Source of the DNA: Marsupella aquatica
Lineage: Eukaryota; Plantae; Marchantiophyta
Direction: 5' to 3'
Assembly (NCBI GenBank): GCA_973895155.1
Contig: OZ316898.1
Coordinates: 16,723,420-16,787,419 of the forward strand
Length of the DNA stretch: 64,000 nt
Shown here: positions 39,886 through 51,700 of the stretch, piece after piece
Layout: each line of letters begins with the position of its first letter
How positions within the stretch are numbered: the stretch's first letter is position 1
The notes under the pieces: generated by a model
Told to the model about the DNA's origin: nothing
What the model saw: only the letters and a program-made list of their open reading frames with translations
Databases searched by the model: none
Position numbers and translations under genes: made by a program

Positions 39886-40739
39886 TCGCCCAAGGTCATT
39901 TACTTTCTTCCTACGCCTAGGGCTACCATAGTCTATGACAGACATACTGCAACTATTATGTGGGTCTAGCTCAATTTTTCTGGCGTCTTGGTATTATTAC
40001 ATTTGTTTGTTTTATTGACTCTTCCTAGTACTCAAGTCTGCCAAAACTTTCTCTTAACCCTTGGCACCTCCCTTGTAGTTTGTGTGTGCCCTCCCTTGTG
40101 CGGGGATGTTGATGTTGTCTCGTTCGGTCTAGATCATATCCCAACATGATAAATAGCAAAAATTGCTTTCTGATAATCAATTGTATAAGGTAACGACTAG
40201 TTAGAAGGTGTTATCTAAAAATAATCCAAAACAAAGATATATCTGTAGCCATGTAGAACTTTGTACAATTCATTGACAAAGCGGGTGACAAAGTCTTATG
40301 ATGATTAAGGTGTCCTGGATGCACTGTCCTTTTTCAACGAAGGAGCCCCTGTTCCCATCATCAGTTTGTTGCAAAAATTCTGTACTTGGTTTGCTGACTC
40401 TGGAATTGACAATATTGCTTCCTCTTCTTGGAAGCCTTTGAAAACAATAACTAGCTCAAGTCTCACTGTTGCATCAAAGACACGGCAGGCTGATGATATT
40501 ATTATTGCTTTCAAATACTGGAATTGGGCACTAATCACTAGTTGAGCACTTAGACGAAAACTCCATTGGGTCAATTCATAGATACAGATCTGCAAAGAAA
40601 CATCAACTTAGTCAGAAAAATACAAAACAGTGCATTACTACATTTGAAGTAGATGTAATCATTATGGTTAGAAGAATTTGGGATTGAGCAGCCTAAAATA
40701 CCTCTAACTGGGGGGGGTTAACTTGGTGTAAATTTTAGG

Positions 40740-41130
40740 GTACTTTGTATGATTTAAGAATATTCTAAGAATATCCTTCATTTTTATGATTAATTACTTA
40801 TTTTATTTTATAAAATGAATAAATTAGAGGATGTTCTATAAATCTATCCAAATATCTAATTTATACCTAATTTATCTTGTTTGTAGTTGTTTACAATCTG
40901 GTTTATGACCCTTTTGCCATGAACTATCTAATTTATACCTAATTTGTAACATACTTGTTATAGGATGATACTATTTTTGTATAAGTATAAATCAGGTACT
41001 AGGTATAAGCTAGGTAGTATAGGTATGAATTAGGTAATTGTCTACCTATCTACCTAACTAACACAAACATGATAAATTAGGTAGAAATTAGAGAATATTC
41101 TATAAATTAGTATAATATTGTCCTATAACA
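40740..41130. repeat. AT-rich degenerate repeat, possibly a MITE or Helitron remnant
   Basis: Recurrent TATCTAATTTATACCTAATTT, AATTAGGTA and GAATATTCTA motifs in both orientations. Confidence 0.4.
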
Positions 41131-42563
41131 AGTATATTATCATGTTTGTGGTTGTTAACAATCTGATTGAGGCCCCACTCTAGCGAAATCAATTAAAATG
41201 GGAAACAGGATTTCCCAGACAAAGTGTGCACTGTATTTGGGGCGATGGGTCCCTTTAAAGTCATTCTACTCGCCCGCTGCTTGTCGGATACTGCCCAAAC
41301 CATGTGGAAATTTATCAGCATATGTAAGTACCAGGAAATAGGCCATTATTTTTCCCAGCAGGCTGTGGGTGGTGGTACACGGGGTGGTACATCACCTATG
41401 TGGGATGGCAGAGGTGCAGTGTTCAAATCCCCCTTAGGCGCAACCCCTTTGAACAAACCCCATCCAAAGGTAAGGTTTAGAGGAAGCTTTTTATGCAAAT
41501 GGATCTAAATGGGCAGCACACACTCTGAACATCATAAACCCGATCATAAATGATATCCGAGGGACTTGTCAGCCTGAATTGCACTGTGGTGAAGATCTGG
41601 AGATGTCATAAAATATTTCAAGTAGAGGAGACAAGGCTTACTAATACAGCACATCACTTTGAGAAGATTTGATTGAATGGCAATGCCAAGTTTCAATGCC
41701 TATACAAAGCTTGCCTAGAGGATTGCCTCCTAGTATTCAAGACAAAGAGGGAGTTCGTGGAGCACTTATTGTTGCAACACAGTCAAGTTACCAAAGGCAA
41801 AGTCATCCGCATGGTTGTTTCTAGACATTTATATTGTATGTGCTATGAGGATTGTGTCTCTCAGGATTCCGAGGGGAGAGAGGAGGTCTTCAAGATTCAT
41901 TTCCTCATAATGTTTTTCCAGTTGGAACATTACAACTCATTACAACAAGGAGTGCAAATACAGCTTGTGTGTCGCATGATTGTAAGACCAAGAGCAACAG
42001 ACTCTCATTTGCAATAGATGTGGTTCCAATCAAATGCATGTTTTCCATACATGATGAAGTGTTCCCCTGGAAACTTGCACCAATCAGAACATCTTTCACA
42101 TGGCCTCTAAGCCCCAATATCTGGAGCAATTTGAAAAGCACATGGAAGGTGTTCAGAATATGGTTGGTCTAATCTGATTGTCCTACCGCCAGTAGGTGAG
42201 GGTGGCTCTAGTACCCCTTTTTGCAAGTTGGGTCAAAAAATGGATGTTGTGGAACTGTGGGAGCATCTCAACATAGTACGTGGCATTTATTCCGTTGTAA
42301 ATTGTGGGGAACCAGGAGTGTTTGAAGGATGCGCACACCTCACTATTCATTCTGTCATCGGTTGGATCTGTACAGCACCATTGTACACTGGATTCCTTGC
42401 ATAATTGTGGCATGTGGAATTACTTAAGTCGATTAATTTCATACATCACCATAACAACTTCTTCATTTTATCTCGCTATATGTAAATAATTGTTTACTTA
42501 GTTTGTCATGTCAAAGATAGACAAACAAGAGCTCATGAGACCGTCAATGTACAAAGGCTACGT

Positions 42564-42655
42564 ACCCAGCAATATCATGAAAATTAAAGAACTTCATAGC
42601 ACCTCATTGACCCAGCAATATCATGAAAATTAAAGAACTTCATAGCACCTCATTG
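42564..42655. repeat. Perfect two-copy tandem duplication, 46-bp unit
   Basis: ACCCAGCAATATCATGAAAATTAAAGAACTTCATAGCACCTCATTG occurs twice. Confidence 0.95.
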
Positions 42656-43947
42656 TCCACTCCTATCCTGTTGCAATTCTATATTCTTTCAAGATAATGT
42701 ATACGCCTAACATAAGTAAGCTTGATTTCCTGCCATTAACCATCAATTAATTGCTGGTAAGACTATGAGTACTTCCCTTGCTCAGTCTTCTCCAAGGCAA
42801 AAGGCAAAATAAGACCTAAGAAAAATTATCATCCCAACTTCAAACTGTATAGCAAAGTTTGCAACAAGACGCAGTGATCGGCAAGTTGTCAATGGAGGGT
42901 GCTATCGTGTTAAGATTGAACAGGCACTATTCTCTGTGTGGTCTACGTTGGAATTTGGATTCTAAGGAGGGAGTTTGGGTGGGGGAGTTTCTTGGGGTGG
43001 GTTAGGGGAGTGATTTGGGGATGGGCTTCATGGTCAGATGCAGGGTAAGTTGTCTGGATAACTTGTGGACCTCCTTTGAAGAAGTCAAAATCCAGAATCA
43101 AATTAGTTGTTATAAAAAATATGATGTGCATTTTTATTTGATCAACAAACTTGTGTGAGGGGACCCTGATCATAATTTATGTTATCATTGCCATATAGAT
43201 ATATATGCTATGGAGTTTTCCTCAGATCCAAACATTGAGGCCATGGCTTCCAAATGGCCATGGGTCAATAGGGTAACCCCCATTGTACTTTTGCTCGTTG
43301 CCTTCTACCTCTGCCATTTAATATTGCAAAAATGTACCATTTGATTGCCAAAATGTACGATTGAGCTTTTGAGCTGAAAATTGTGCCTGAAATTGGATAA
43401 CTCTTGAGCCACCTGGAGTCAATGGGAGCTGCAATTCATAAACCTGGGCCAGACTGGGGTGGGGGAGGAGTGGGGGGATTGGCTCATAATCACACTTGGA
43501 GAAAGAAAAAATAGAGTACACGAAGGGTTTAGGATGAAAATAATTGAGGAACACTGAAAGGGACAAAAAATTCCCTGTAAAGTCGATAGACAAGTGTTCA
43601 AGTTAGCTCTTGACACCAAGTATGGCGTGGGTACACCGGGGGAATGCCGACCTGGACCAGCGGGCGTGAGTGTGTGCACCTACCTACCTCTTCCGTTTTC
43701 TCAATTCTCCATCGCTAGTGTTCGGTCTCACAGGCACTGGATGGTCTCCAGGTCGCTCAATTGAGGATCCTGTGTCTTCACATTTTCAGAAAGTAAATCA
43801 AGTAAACACATCATGCAGGAGCTGTGTTTTTGGCTCTGTAGTTTTGTTTTGCTTTGTGGGCTTTGAAAGGTTCAATTCAAGGTCGACAAGACAGCGGGGG
43901 CAGCAAAGGGAAGGTTCTCAACAGATTGAACCGGTGAGTGAATTTCA

Positions 43948-45684
43948 ATGAGTTTCACTCAGAGATGCATTCGGTTCAGTGGGAGATTCAGAGTTGTCTG
44001 GGCGTTAGGAGGCCCGGTCGGAGAGGAATTGCTGCAATCTACCACTGTCCAAGCCCGCCAGGCTTTATCTTCATGTACAACAGGTGACGACTACCACTCG
44101 GCCGGAAGACGTAACATCATCAAACGGAATGTCCTGAAGAGCAGCTATGAGTCCCTTTTGCGGGTGATGGCTACGAATTCATCATCGTCATTCAGCAGGA
44201 ATTTACCCAATTGTCAGAGAAGAACGTTTGCCAACTTACCACATACGTCCACAGTCATGAGGGATGATCGCTTCTCGAAACTCAATGAAGAGGATGTTGC
44301 TCACTTCCGGCGGATCATAGGAGACAACGGCGTTGTGGTTGACAGCGATCAGTTGAAAGTAGCAAACACTGATTGGATGAACAAGTACATAGGTCACAGC
44401 CAGCTTCTTTTGCGCCCTCAGAATACTCAACAGGTGTCTGAAATCTTACAGTATTGCAAGTCGAGAGTCCTCGCAGTTGTTCCACAAGGTGGTAATACTG
44501 GTCTTGCAGGTGGCAGTGTTCCAGTTTTCGATGAGATTGTGTTGAATTTGGGAGCCATGAACAAAATCAGAAGTTTTGATGAAGTCAGTGGGATATTGGT
44601 ATGCGAGGCAGGCTGCATACTGCAGAGGTTGGATGAATTTTTGGGGAATCAAGGCTTCACAATGCCACTGGACTTGGGAGCCAAAGGTAGCTGTCAGATT
44701 GGTGGGAACGTGTCCACCAATGCTGGTGGCTTGCGACTATTACGCTATGGATCAATGCATGCCAATGTTTTAGGTCTTGAGGTAGTTCTTGCTGATGGGA
44801 CCATCTTAGACCTGCTAGGTACTTTGAGAAAGGATAATACTGGATATGATCTGAAGCACCTCTTTGTGGGAGCTGAAGGAACACTAGGTGTTGTGACAAA
44901 AGTGTCTATCTTGACACCTCCAAAGCTTTCATCAACAAATGTTGCATTCCTTGCTGTGAAAGATTTCCTAAACTGCCAGAGAATTCTACGTGAAGCGAAG
45001 AATCAGCTCGGGGAGATCTTATCTGCCTTTGAGTTCATTGACCGTAATTCTATGGATTTGACTCTTAAGCATTTGCAGGGTTCTCGAGATCCTCTTCCAG
45101 GTTCCAAACCCAGCTTCTACGTTTTGTTGGAAACAACTGGAAGCAATGAAAGCCACGACAGAGAAAAGCTGGATGAGTTCCTGGAAGATCTTGTGGAGAA
45201 AGCATTGATTACAGATGGCACTGTAGCCCAAGACTCTAGTCAAGCTGCCTCATTTTGGAGAGTCCGGGAGGGAATTGGAGAAGCCTTGGTGAAAGCAGGA
45301 GCCATTTACAAATATGACTTATCTTTACCTGTCAAGGATCTATATGACCTTGTAGAAGATTTGAGGGTCCGAATTGGTGATGCTGCAATAGTGTTAGGTT
45401 ACGGACATCTTGGTGATGGAAATTTGCATCTGAACATCTCTGCTCCAAAGTATGACGACAAGATATTAGCACAGGTGGAACCTTACGTTTATGAATGGAC
45501 AGCATCAGTCAAGGGTAGCGTGAGTGCTGAGCATGGATTGGGCTTCATGAAACCCAAAGCAATACATTACAGCAAGTCTCCTGCTGCGGTGCAATTAATG
45601 GCAGACTTCAAAAGCTATTTGGATCCGCTTGGAATTTTGAATCCCTACAAAGTTTTGCCGAAGGCATTGGATTCAAATTCTTAG
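43948..45684 (+). CDS. D2HGDH: Mitochondrial D-2-hydroxyglutarate dehydrogenase (FAD-linked); coding region intronless
   Basis: PQGGNTGL.GGSVPVFDE, PLDLGAKGSCQIGGNVSTNAGGLRLLRYGS, LRKDNTGYDLK.LF.G.EGTLG, GYGHLGDGNLHLN, GSVSAEHGLG, LDP.GILNPYK. The true start may be the ATG at 44167. Confidence 0.95.
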   Translation: MSFTQRCIRFSGRFRVVWALGGPVGEELLQSTTVQARQALSSCTTGDDYHSAGRRNIIKRNVLKSSYESLLRVMATNSSSSFSRNLPNCQRRTFANLPHTSTVMRDDRFSKLNEEDVAHFRRIIGDNGVVVDSDQLKVANTDWMNKYIGHSQLLLRPQNTQQVSEILQYCKSRVLAVVPQGGNTGLAGGSVPVFDEIVLNLGAMNKIRSFDEVSGILVCEAGCILQRLDEFLGNQGFTMPLDLGAKGSCQIGGNVSTNAGGLRLLRYGSMHANVLGLEVVLADGTILDLLGTLRKDNTGYDLKHLFVGAEGTLGVVTKVSILTPPKLSSTNVAFLAVKDFLNCQRILREAKNQLGEILSAFEFIDRNSMDLTLKHLQGSRDPLPGSKPSFYVLLETTGSNESHDREKLDEFLEDLVEKALITDGTVAQDSSQAASFWRVREGIGEALVKAGAIYKYDLSLPVKDLYDLVEDLRVRIGDAAIVLGYGHLGDGNLHLNISAPKYDDKILAQVEPYVYEWTASVKGSVSAEHGLGFMKPKAIHYSKSPAAVQLMADFKSYLDPLGILNPYKVLPKALDSNS

Positions 45685-46365
45685 CCTCAACCCTCAAGTT
45701 GAGAAATTTCCAGCGTTTCATCTCAAGGACGCTGGCTTTTCATTTTCGTTTTTCGAAAAAATGTCGAATCTTTGATTGAATGTGACTCATTCAGTTGAAC
45801 GACTACTGTACAGATTCTGTATAATTGAACAGTGCTCTATGATGACTTGGGCTGTATCCAGGCAATCGAATTCTACGGAGGTCCTGAGAGGAAAGTTTTC
45901 TTGTGTCTGCTACTTCCAACACATAATCTATGAATGCACAGCGTCCTTTTATGTAACATCAGGAGTCCACTCGAGAACAAGTTTTTACCTGAGCTTTTCA
46001 GAAGGGTAAGGTATTAATAGTATGAAGGCAATGCGTTCTTCGGTATTCATCATAAAGGCAGAGGAGACAAACGTTTGGGCCCTAAGCCTGAATTGTACTG
46101 AAAATTGGTTCGTGTTCCTGTGGTTGGGTACCGTGGGGCAAGTATGTAGTTTAATATGAGACGGTTGGTCATCATTCAATGTCTTCTCACCCCCGTCTGA
46201 AATAGCACACTTAATAAAGCCAATAATCAAGCTTAAACTGGAACTACATTGTCCAAGGGCAAATATTGGGCAAAGATATAGGCCCTGCCTGGAACTGATG
46301 TGTGTGGTGCTACTTCAAAGCAACTGTACAAGGCATTTCAAGTTGTTACACAATAGAGCTGTATG

Positions 46366-46501
46366 TATTTTTTGTTGTTGGGGACTCGTAGTTTTTTATT
46401 CTTGGGCTTTTTAGCTCTTTGGGCTTAGTGGGATATTTTTTGTTGTTGGGGACTCGTAGTTTTTGGTTCTTGGGCTTTTTAGCTCTTTGGGCTTAGTGGG
46501 A
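46366..46501. repeat. Two-copy tandem duplication, 68-bp unit, in a T/G-rich retroposon-tail-like segment
   Basis: TATTTTTTGTTGTTGGGGACTCGTAG...GGGCTTAGTGGGA occurs twice. Confidence 0.9.
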
Positions 46502-48788
46502 TTTCTTTTATTTTTCCCCTATGTAAGGTTTCTTGCCTTTGGGATCCTGTTTCCAGATATAGCACTTTTTATTCGTTGGCTGTGCTATACATATGCATGA
46601 TACTAACCTTGCAAATTATCAATAGAACTGCATGACAAGAATCTTTCTAATGTGTAACTAGACTGTGTGACACTAATGTATGACACTAACCTTACAGACT
46701 TTAACTAGAGTGGATGACTCTAGTTTCTATAATCGTGTAAGTGTGTACACTAAATGTCACACTATAGATATGAGACACTAACCTTGCAAACTGTCACTAT
46801 TGTGCATGACACTGTATTCCTAATTGTGGAACTAGAGTTTGTGACACTCAAAACAAGTGTACAATAATTGTGCGGCTATATTTTGTAATCGTGAAAGACT
46901 CTTGTCAATTCTTATTCACAATAGATCTTAAGTACACCATGACCAGCATGTTCAATCCAGACCCTCCTCCAAGAAAGGAACCAATGACATCAAGCCCGAC
47001 CTTCACTCTAGATGGCGAAGTAGATGAACAGCAGTATAGCGAGGTACATCCCCAAAACTACCGATGACACAACTAAGGGTGCAAGCGACGCAATTTTTGG
47101 CCAATCCTAGCTGTTGGTAGAGGCTCTAGGTTAGATATGGTCCATCTAAACCAAAGGTCACTACTCAATTGTCTTGAGAAGAGCGCCACTTTACAGTCTC
47201 TCTTGTGTTGTTTTGGTATCTACATTGTAGACCTAATCTAACAGCAAGCCCTACCTGCAACTGGAAACTTTCGTGTACAGTTGCATGATTTATCTTTTGA
47301 GTTCAACACAAGTAAAATCCACCAAGGTTTGAAGTTGAATGGGAAGTTTTGCTTTAGGATGGAGGTGATCAGAATCAAGATTCCAAGACATTTTTCTTTA
47401 CTAAAGAAATAAGAGAGTTGTGCTTCAACTAGAAAGCCTAAAATCCCATAGCACTGGTCTAACCTTGGTTTCACCGACTTCCGCAAAGCCAACATAACGC
47501 AATGTAGGGCAGTTAAAAACTGGACGAAAGTTACCATTCGATGTTTGATAAGTGAACCTGCAGAGATATAATGTAAGTGGGCTTGAGAACACTGTGGAAA
47601 GCAATGATTCTGTGCCAAAGCACTGAAATTCTACCTCTGCCTGCAGACTCTTTCAAATCAACTTCAACATGGTTCACCTAAACTTGTGCAGTTCTACGTG
47701 CATCATCGAAAATATTTGGCCCATATGACTTACCCAACAATACAGCAATGATTTGGTGTCGCTCCCATATTCCTGTGAAGAACTGGTAATCATCGGACAA
47801 GCGCTTGACCATGCATGAAAAATCTTTCGACCCCTGATATAGAAAGCTTTCGTGTCAGAAAGTATATCATTCACCTACATCGAAGGTACACAAAGATGGT
47901 TGCCTAGTCATCAGTTTATTCTGCTATTAATTTTGACAGAGTATTCAAATATGTGGACAGCTCTGGCGCCATCCACATGGAGCAGAGACCGGGCAAGCAC
48001 AGCAGCGATTGACGAGTTATTTTGAGTGCAAAGTGCGCATCACCTGTTTCAGTAACCTACGTTACGGTGTCTTAGGAGCATCAGTTTTTAATGAACTTCC
48101 TCTTCAGAACAAAAAACCAGTCTCCCAAGCAGACACAGCACAGCAGCCGGCACACACTGTCCGCACCCGCAACTAATACAGAGTATCTCAGCACTGGGTA
48201 GAGGGAAACGGTCGAGGCCGAAGTTTCTACGTGCCGCGGATAGTAGAGGGTCTCAAACTGCGTTCACCAAGGCACGGAGATGCCTCGATGCATGAATTTA
48301 TCTCACTTATGAATTCATCACAGTTAAGCTGGAGAACGACCGCAACATAAACCGTCAATTCACAAATCATAAGCAAAGTTTGTTTTCCCAAAATTAGGTC
48401 GGTAGCAGAAAATCTCCAAATCATGAACCAATACATCTACAGATTTGGCCGCCACAGTATCTGTCGATCTCACGATCCACCTCACACTCCGTTGTGATGG
48501 CGAGGGGAAGCTGATTGTCCCCCTACTGGTATCCTTGCTCCGTTAGCACTCAGAAACACCAGAACTCTCACAATTAACACCCTGAACGTTCAGCATCCTT
48601 TCGGTGTAACATCGTAAGAAGCCGCTGGAGACGACCGTGCAGCCTGATCTTCTCAAATGGTTGTCTCCTTTTGTGTAGCATAATAAAATTCACTGGAGAA
48701 GAACTTTTGTGCCCTGAGCTCTTTAAGGAGGGTCCAGTATTGCACAGCATCCACCTATCTAGTCATCATCGCATTCCACCAGGTAGAA

Positions 48789-49460
48789 TTATTTTCCTCG
48801 TCGGCGCTTAGAACTTGAGCATTCTGAACAAAACCACTTGCCCTTCGGCCTCTCCTTAATCCCTACACAATCAAAATGAAACCACTCCAGCTTACAATCC
48901 GGGTTGTCGCAGGCAATCATGTCTCCATAAGAAACGTCGTCACAGTAGCAATATGTTGGCTCATTCGTATCGTCAAGGAACGACTTGTTGGGCCCTTTTC
49001 TTTGACCACCCAACTTAGAGCCCTTGCCCACTTCTTGTGGCCGCCCATCTGAGTACACAGCTCCAGCTACTGTGGGTTCTCTCTCTCGCTTGCGCTCCTC
49101 CTCGTACTTTCTGTAGTCCGCATCCAACTGCTGGATGTGGCTGTCGACTAATTCATAGCTCTGAACCGCCAGAGCAAGTTTCTCTTCAGCGATTCTCAAA
49201 CAATCCTTCTGAACGGAGGCAATCCTCTTGGAATGTTCGCGAATTAACGCATCTGAAGAAGTCCCGTCAATTGCCAGCGCCACTTCGTGTACTGCGCGTC
49301 CGCATTGCCGTTCCATTTGCTTCTGGAGATCGCTCAAGCGAATGTCGAGCTCTCGAACCAGCCTGTAGTTCCTTCGCATCTCCGACGGCACTGATACTGT
49401 CGTCGTTGTCGTGGTTCCGCCAGCAGCAGGTCGATCATCTGGAGAAACGGAAGCGGCCAT
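48789..49460 (-). CDS. ING1: ING1-like PHD finger protein; intronless
   Basis: ING coiled coil (Y.LVRELD..L, RIAEEKLALAVQSYELVDSHIQQLD) and C4HC3 PHD (NEPTYCYC..VSYGDMIACDNPDCKLEWFHFDCVG....PKGKWFC..C) followed by a basic tail. Confidence 0.9.
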   Translation of the reverse strand: MAASVSPDDRPAAGGTTTTTTVSVPSEMRRNYRLVRELDIRLSDLQKQMERQCGRAVHEVALAIDGTSSDALIREHSKRIASVQKDCLRIAEEKLALAVQSYELVDSHIQQLDADYRKYEEERKREREPTVAGAVYSDGRPQEVGKGSKLGGQRKGPNKSFLDDTNEPTYCYCDDVSYGDMIACDNPDCKLEWFHFDCVGIKERPKGKWFCSECSSSKRRRGK

Positions 49461-49890
49461 AATGCCTCCCTCTCCTCTCCCTCCCAGTCGCTCACGGCCT
49501 CGAAAGAAAGGGTCATGAGCACAAACGAATCACAGAATCTGGGCGGCAGTGTACAGAACTCGAGTAGAGATCACTACGGGAGAGAGTCGCACAGGTCGAT
49601 TGCCGCCTGCCTGCTTCGGCCTTCGACTCCGATGCTTCAGCCGCGCAGGCGAGCTGGACCATTATTATAATTGTCGCTCGCTGGAGCGAGAATGCCTCAA
49701 CAGAGCACTGCAGCACCCACACAGTCACACAGAGCTCTTTCGTATTCCCCCTCCGCGATTGGGAACGACCAGTCGGGCGACCAGTGCTCTCGAAGTGAGA
49801 CTACGGTAGGGCAATCTTCCATTAGCCCTAAAGATGTTAGCGTTTTTGCCAAGATTTGAGGCATGTGAGAGGCCTTATGGTTTCCAGCTC

Positions 49891-50220
49891 TATATTTGTA
49901 TATTAGAGTGCCCAAGGGCAAAAAAATGCCTAACCTGGAGACATGATCCCAAAGGGAAAAAAACACAATGAAGGGAAGGGAAAGAAGGGAAAGGGCCCCA
50001 ATAAAAACAAGCCAAGGGGTACCCAACCAAAAGCCGAAGAAGGAACAAGGACATGATCCCAAAGCAAAGCAGCCCAATGAACGGGCGGTAAAGGCGGGAA
50101 AAGGGCCCGAAGAAAAACAAGCCATGGGGTCCCCAACCAAAAGCCGACTAAGGAACAAGGGCCAAAAAGTAACCTACAAAGGAGCCGTGGAGGCTAACAC
50201 CCTACTGAGCGGAGAAAGCA
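49891..50220 (-). mobile_element. Dispersed repeat, probably a LINE/SINE 3' remnant (family copy 2) with an internal 110-bp tandem duplication
   Basis: Reverse-complement homolog of 39670-39885. GACATGATCCCAAAG...CCCAACCAAAAGCCGA occurs at 49940 and 50050. The minus-strand 3' end reads GCACTCTAATATACAAATATA. Confidence 0.65.
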
Positions 50221-50590
50221 AATCAGCCCTAAGCACTCCCTCAATGTTTGGATGAAAGTAAATCTTGTTTTTCCTTCAGTATCTTCTCCCTACTGTATTG
50301 CTTTGCACTACATGTGTCCTATGCATTTGGTTTATTCTAGAGTTTGAGATCGGGACCTGCAATGGCCATAACCTTTCCAGCCCTTGCCCTTGGGACCCCC
50401 ACAAGACCTGCCGTCAGTCATGCCTGCCTAACGAGGGCGTTATGGCATGGCAGCATCTTTCGTTCTCATGATGACATCTTTGACTTTGAGAGCCTGAAAT
50501 GCAAAGGCTGATTACATGCAAGTTGGCCCTAAGTCATTTATCACCAAGGTAACTCTCAAGTTTCCAATATCACATCATCTATCCATCTCT

Positions 50591-50630
50591 CTACTCTACT
50601 CTACTCTACTCTACTCTACTCTACTCTACT
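50591..50630. repeat. (CTACT)8 microsatellite
   Basis: Read directly. Confidence 0.95.
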
Positions 50631-51234
50631 CTTGCATAAGCAAATAAACTGGGCAGGAGCAAATGGTGACCCTTAGCTTTATGAGATCTTTCTCATGACT
50701 ATTGCCTGCCCCCTTTGGCCTCTTCCCCCTTTCCAATGCCCTCTGCCCTTGCATCCCTCTGTCACTCGCCCTCCTGGTGAAGGGCCAGCAGCACCCTATG
50801 ATGCCATGGCCCAACCCGACTTGCGCACTGCTGTCGAAATTTTGATTTTACAAGCTTTTGCCCAAACTTTTGCTTCTCCTTTTAATTTTTCTCTCATTAC
50901 CTCATCGTTTTATAGAAAGAAAATAAACCCCTTTGTTTGTCTTTCCTTCCGTTTCCCTTCCAGGTAGGTCCCTGCCTGGCCCCCCTCACATCTCTCTCCT
51001 CCCCAACAATTTTCCTTCACTCCCCTGCCTACCTTATCTGGTGCATCAAGCTCACTGTCACTCAGGAGAATCTGCCCCAATGGTGCCCTAGCCCAGTACA
51101 AGGACTTGCATTGCCAACCATACCATCACTCCATCAGCATGCCCTACCACCCCATTCCATCCATGTCCTTCACATCCTGTGTGCTCCATAGCCATGCCTA
51201 GATTCCTTTCACAAACCCCTATCTCCAAGATCTT

Positions 51235-51700
51235 TGTTTTTTTTCCGTGAAAGGAGCACTTTACTTAACGAGAAGTAAATTCCAATAAAAACAGGGAATC
51301 ACTGGCTAGAAACACAAAAGGGACAAAGACCAACAACCACTCAAAGACCAGACACATCCAGTCAAGAGGGATGAAGGGATTAGTGAAAAGTGATCAAACA
51401 ACATTCACCCACCACAAAAACTAACCTTCAATTCAATTGCAAACATGAGGGCCAACTCACACCCAAGGCCAGGCAGAGAGCCAGCCAAAAAAACTAAAAT
51501 TAAGCGAACCAGGACAAAAATCCAAAAAGTAGAGGATAATTCATCTGCACAGATCCCCAACTACCAGACTAGGAAACAATAGTCAAACAGCAAAGCCCAG
51601 TCATAGAACTAAAACAATTCACGGGGGATCAAACAACCAACGGGACAACCAAAGAGGCCCAACATGACTACAAAGTGTCCATCCTGCAAACAGTAGAGAC
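51235..51700 (-). mobile_element. Non-LTR retroposon insertion (5'-truncated LINE or SINE) with A-tail and 12-bp TSD
   Basis: Identical CTCCAAGATCTT at 51223-51234 and 51701-51712. The T-run at 51237-51244 is the minus-strand A tail next to the TSD. Confidence 0.85.

Noticed and set aside
41673-42490. Cys/His-rich short ORFs (C2H2-like or transposase remnant)
   Set aside because: A single weak motif with no gene structure; cannot be assigned by eye.
13856-45684. Metabolic cluster linking the 2OG dioxygenase, HISN5 and D2HGDH
   Set aside because: Unrelated genes intervene and no shared pathway is evident; proximity alone is not evidence.
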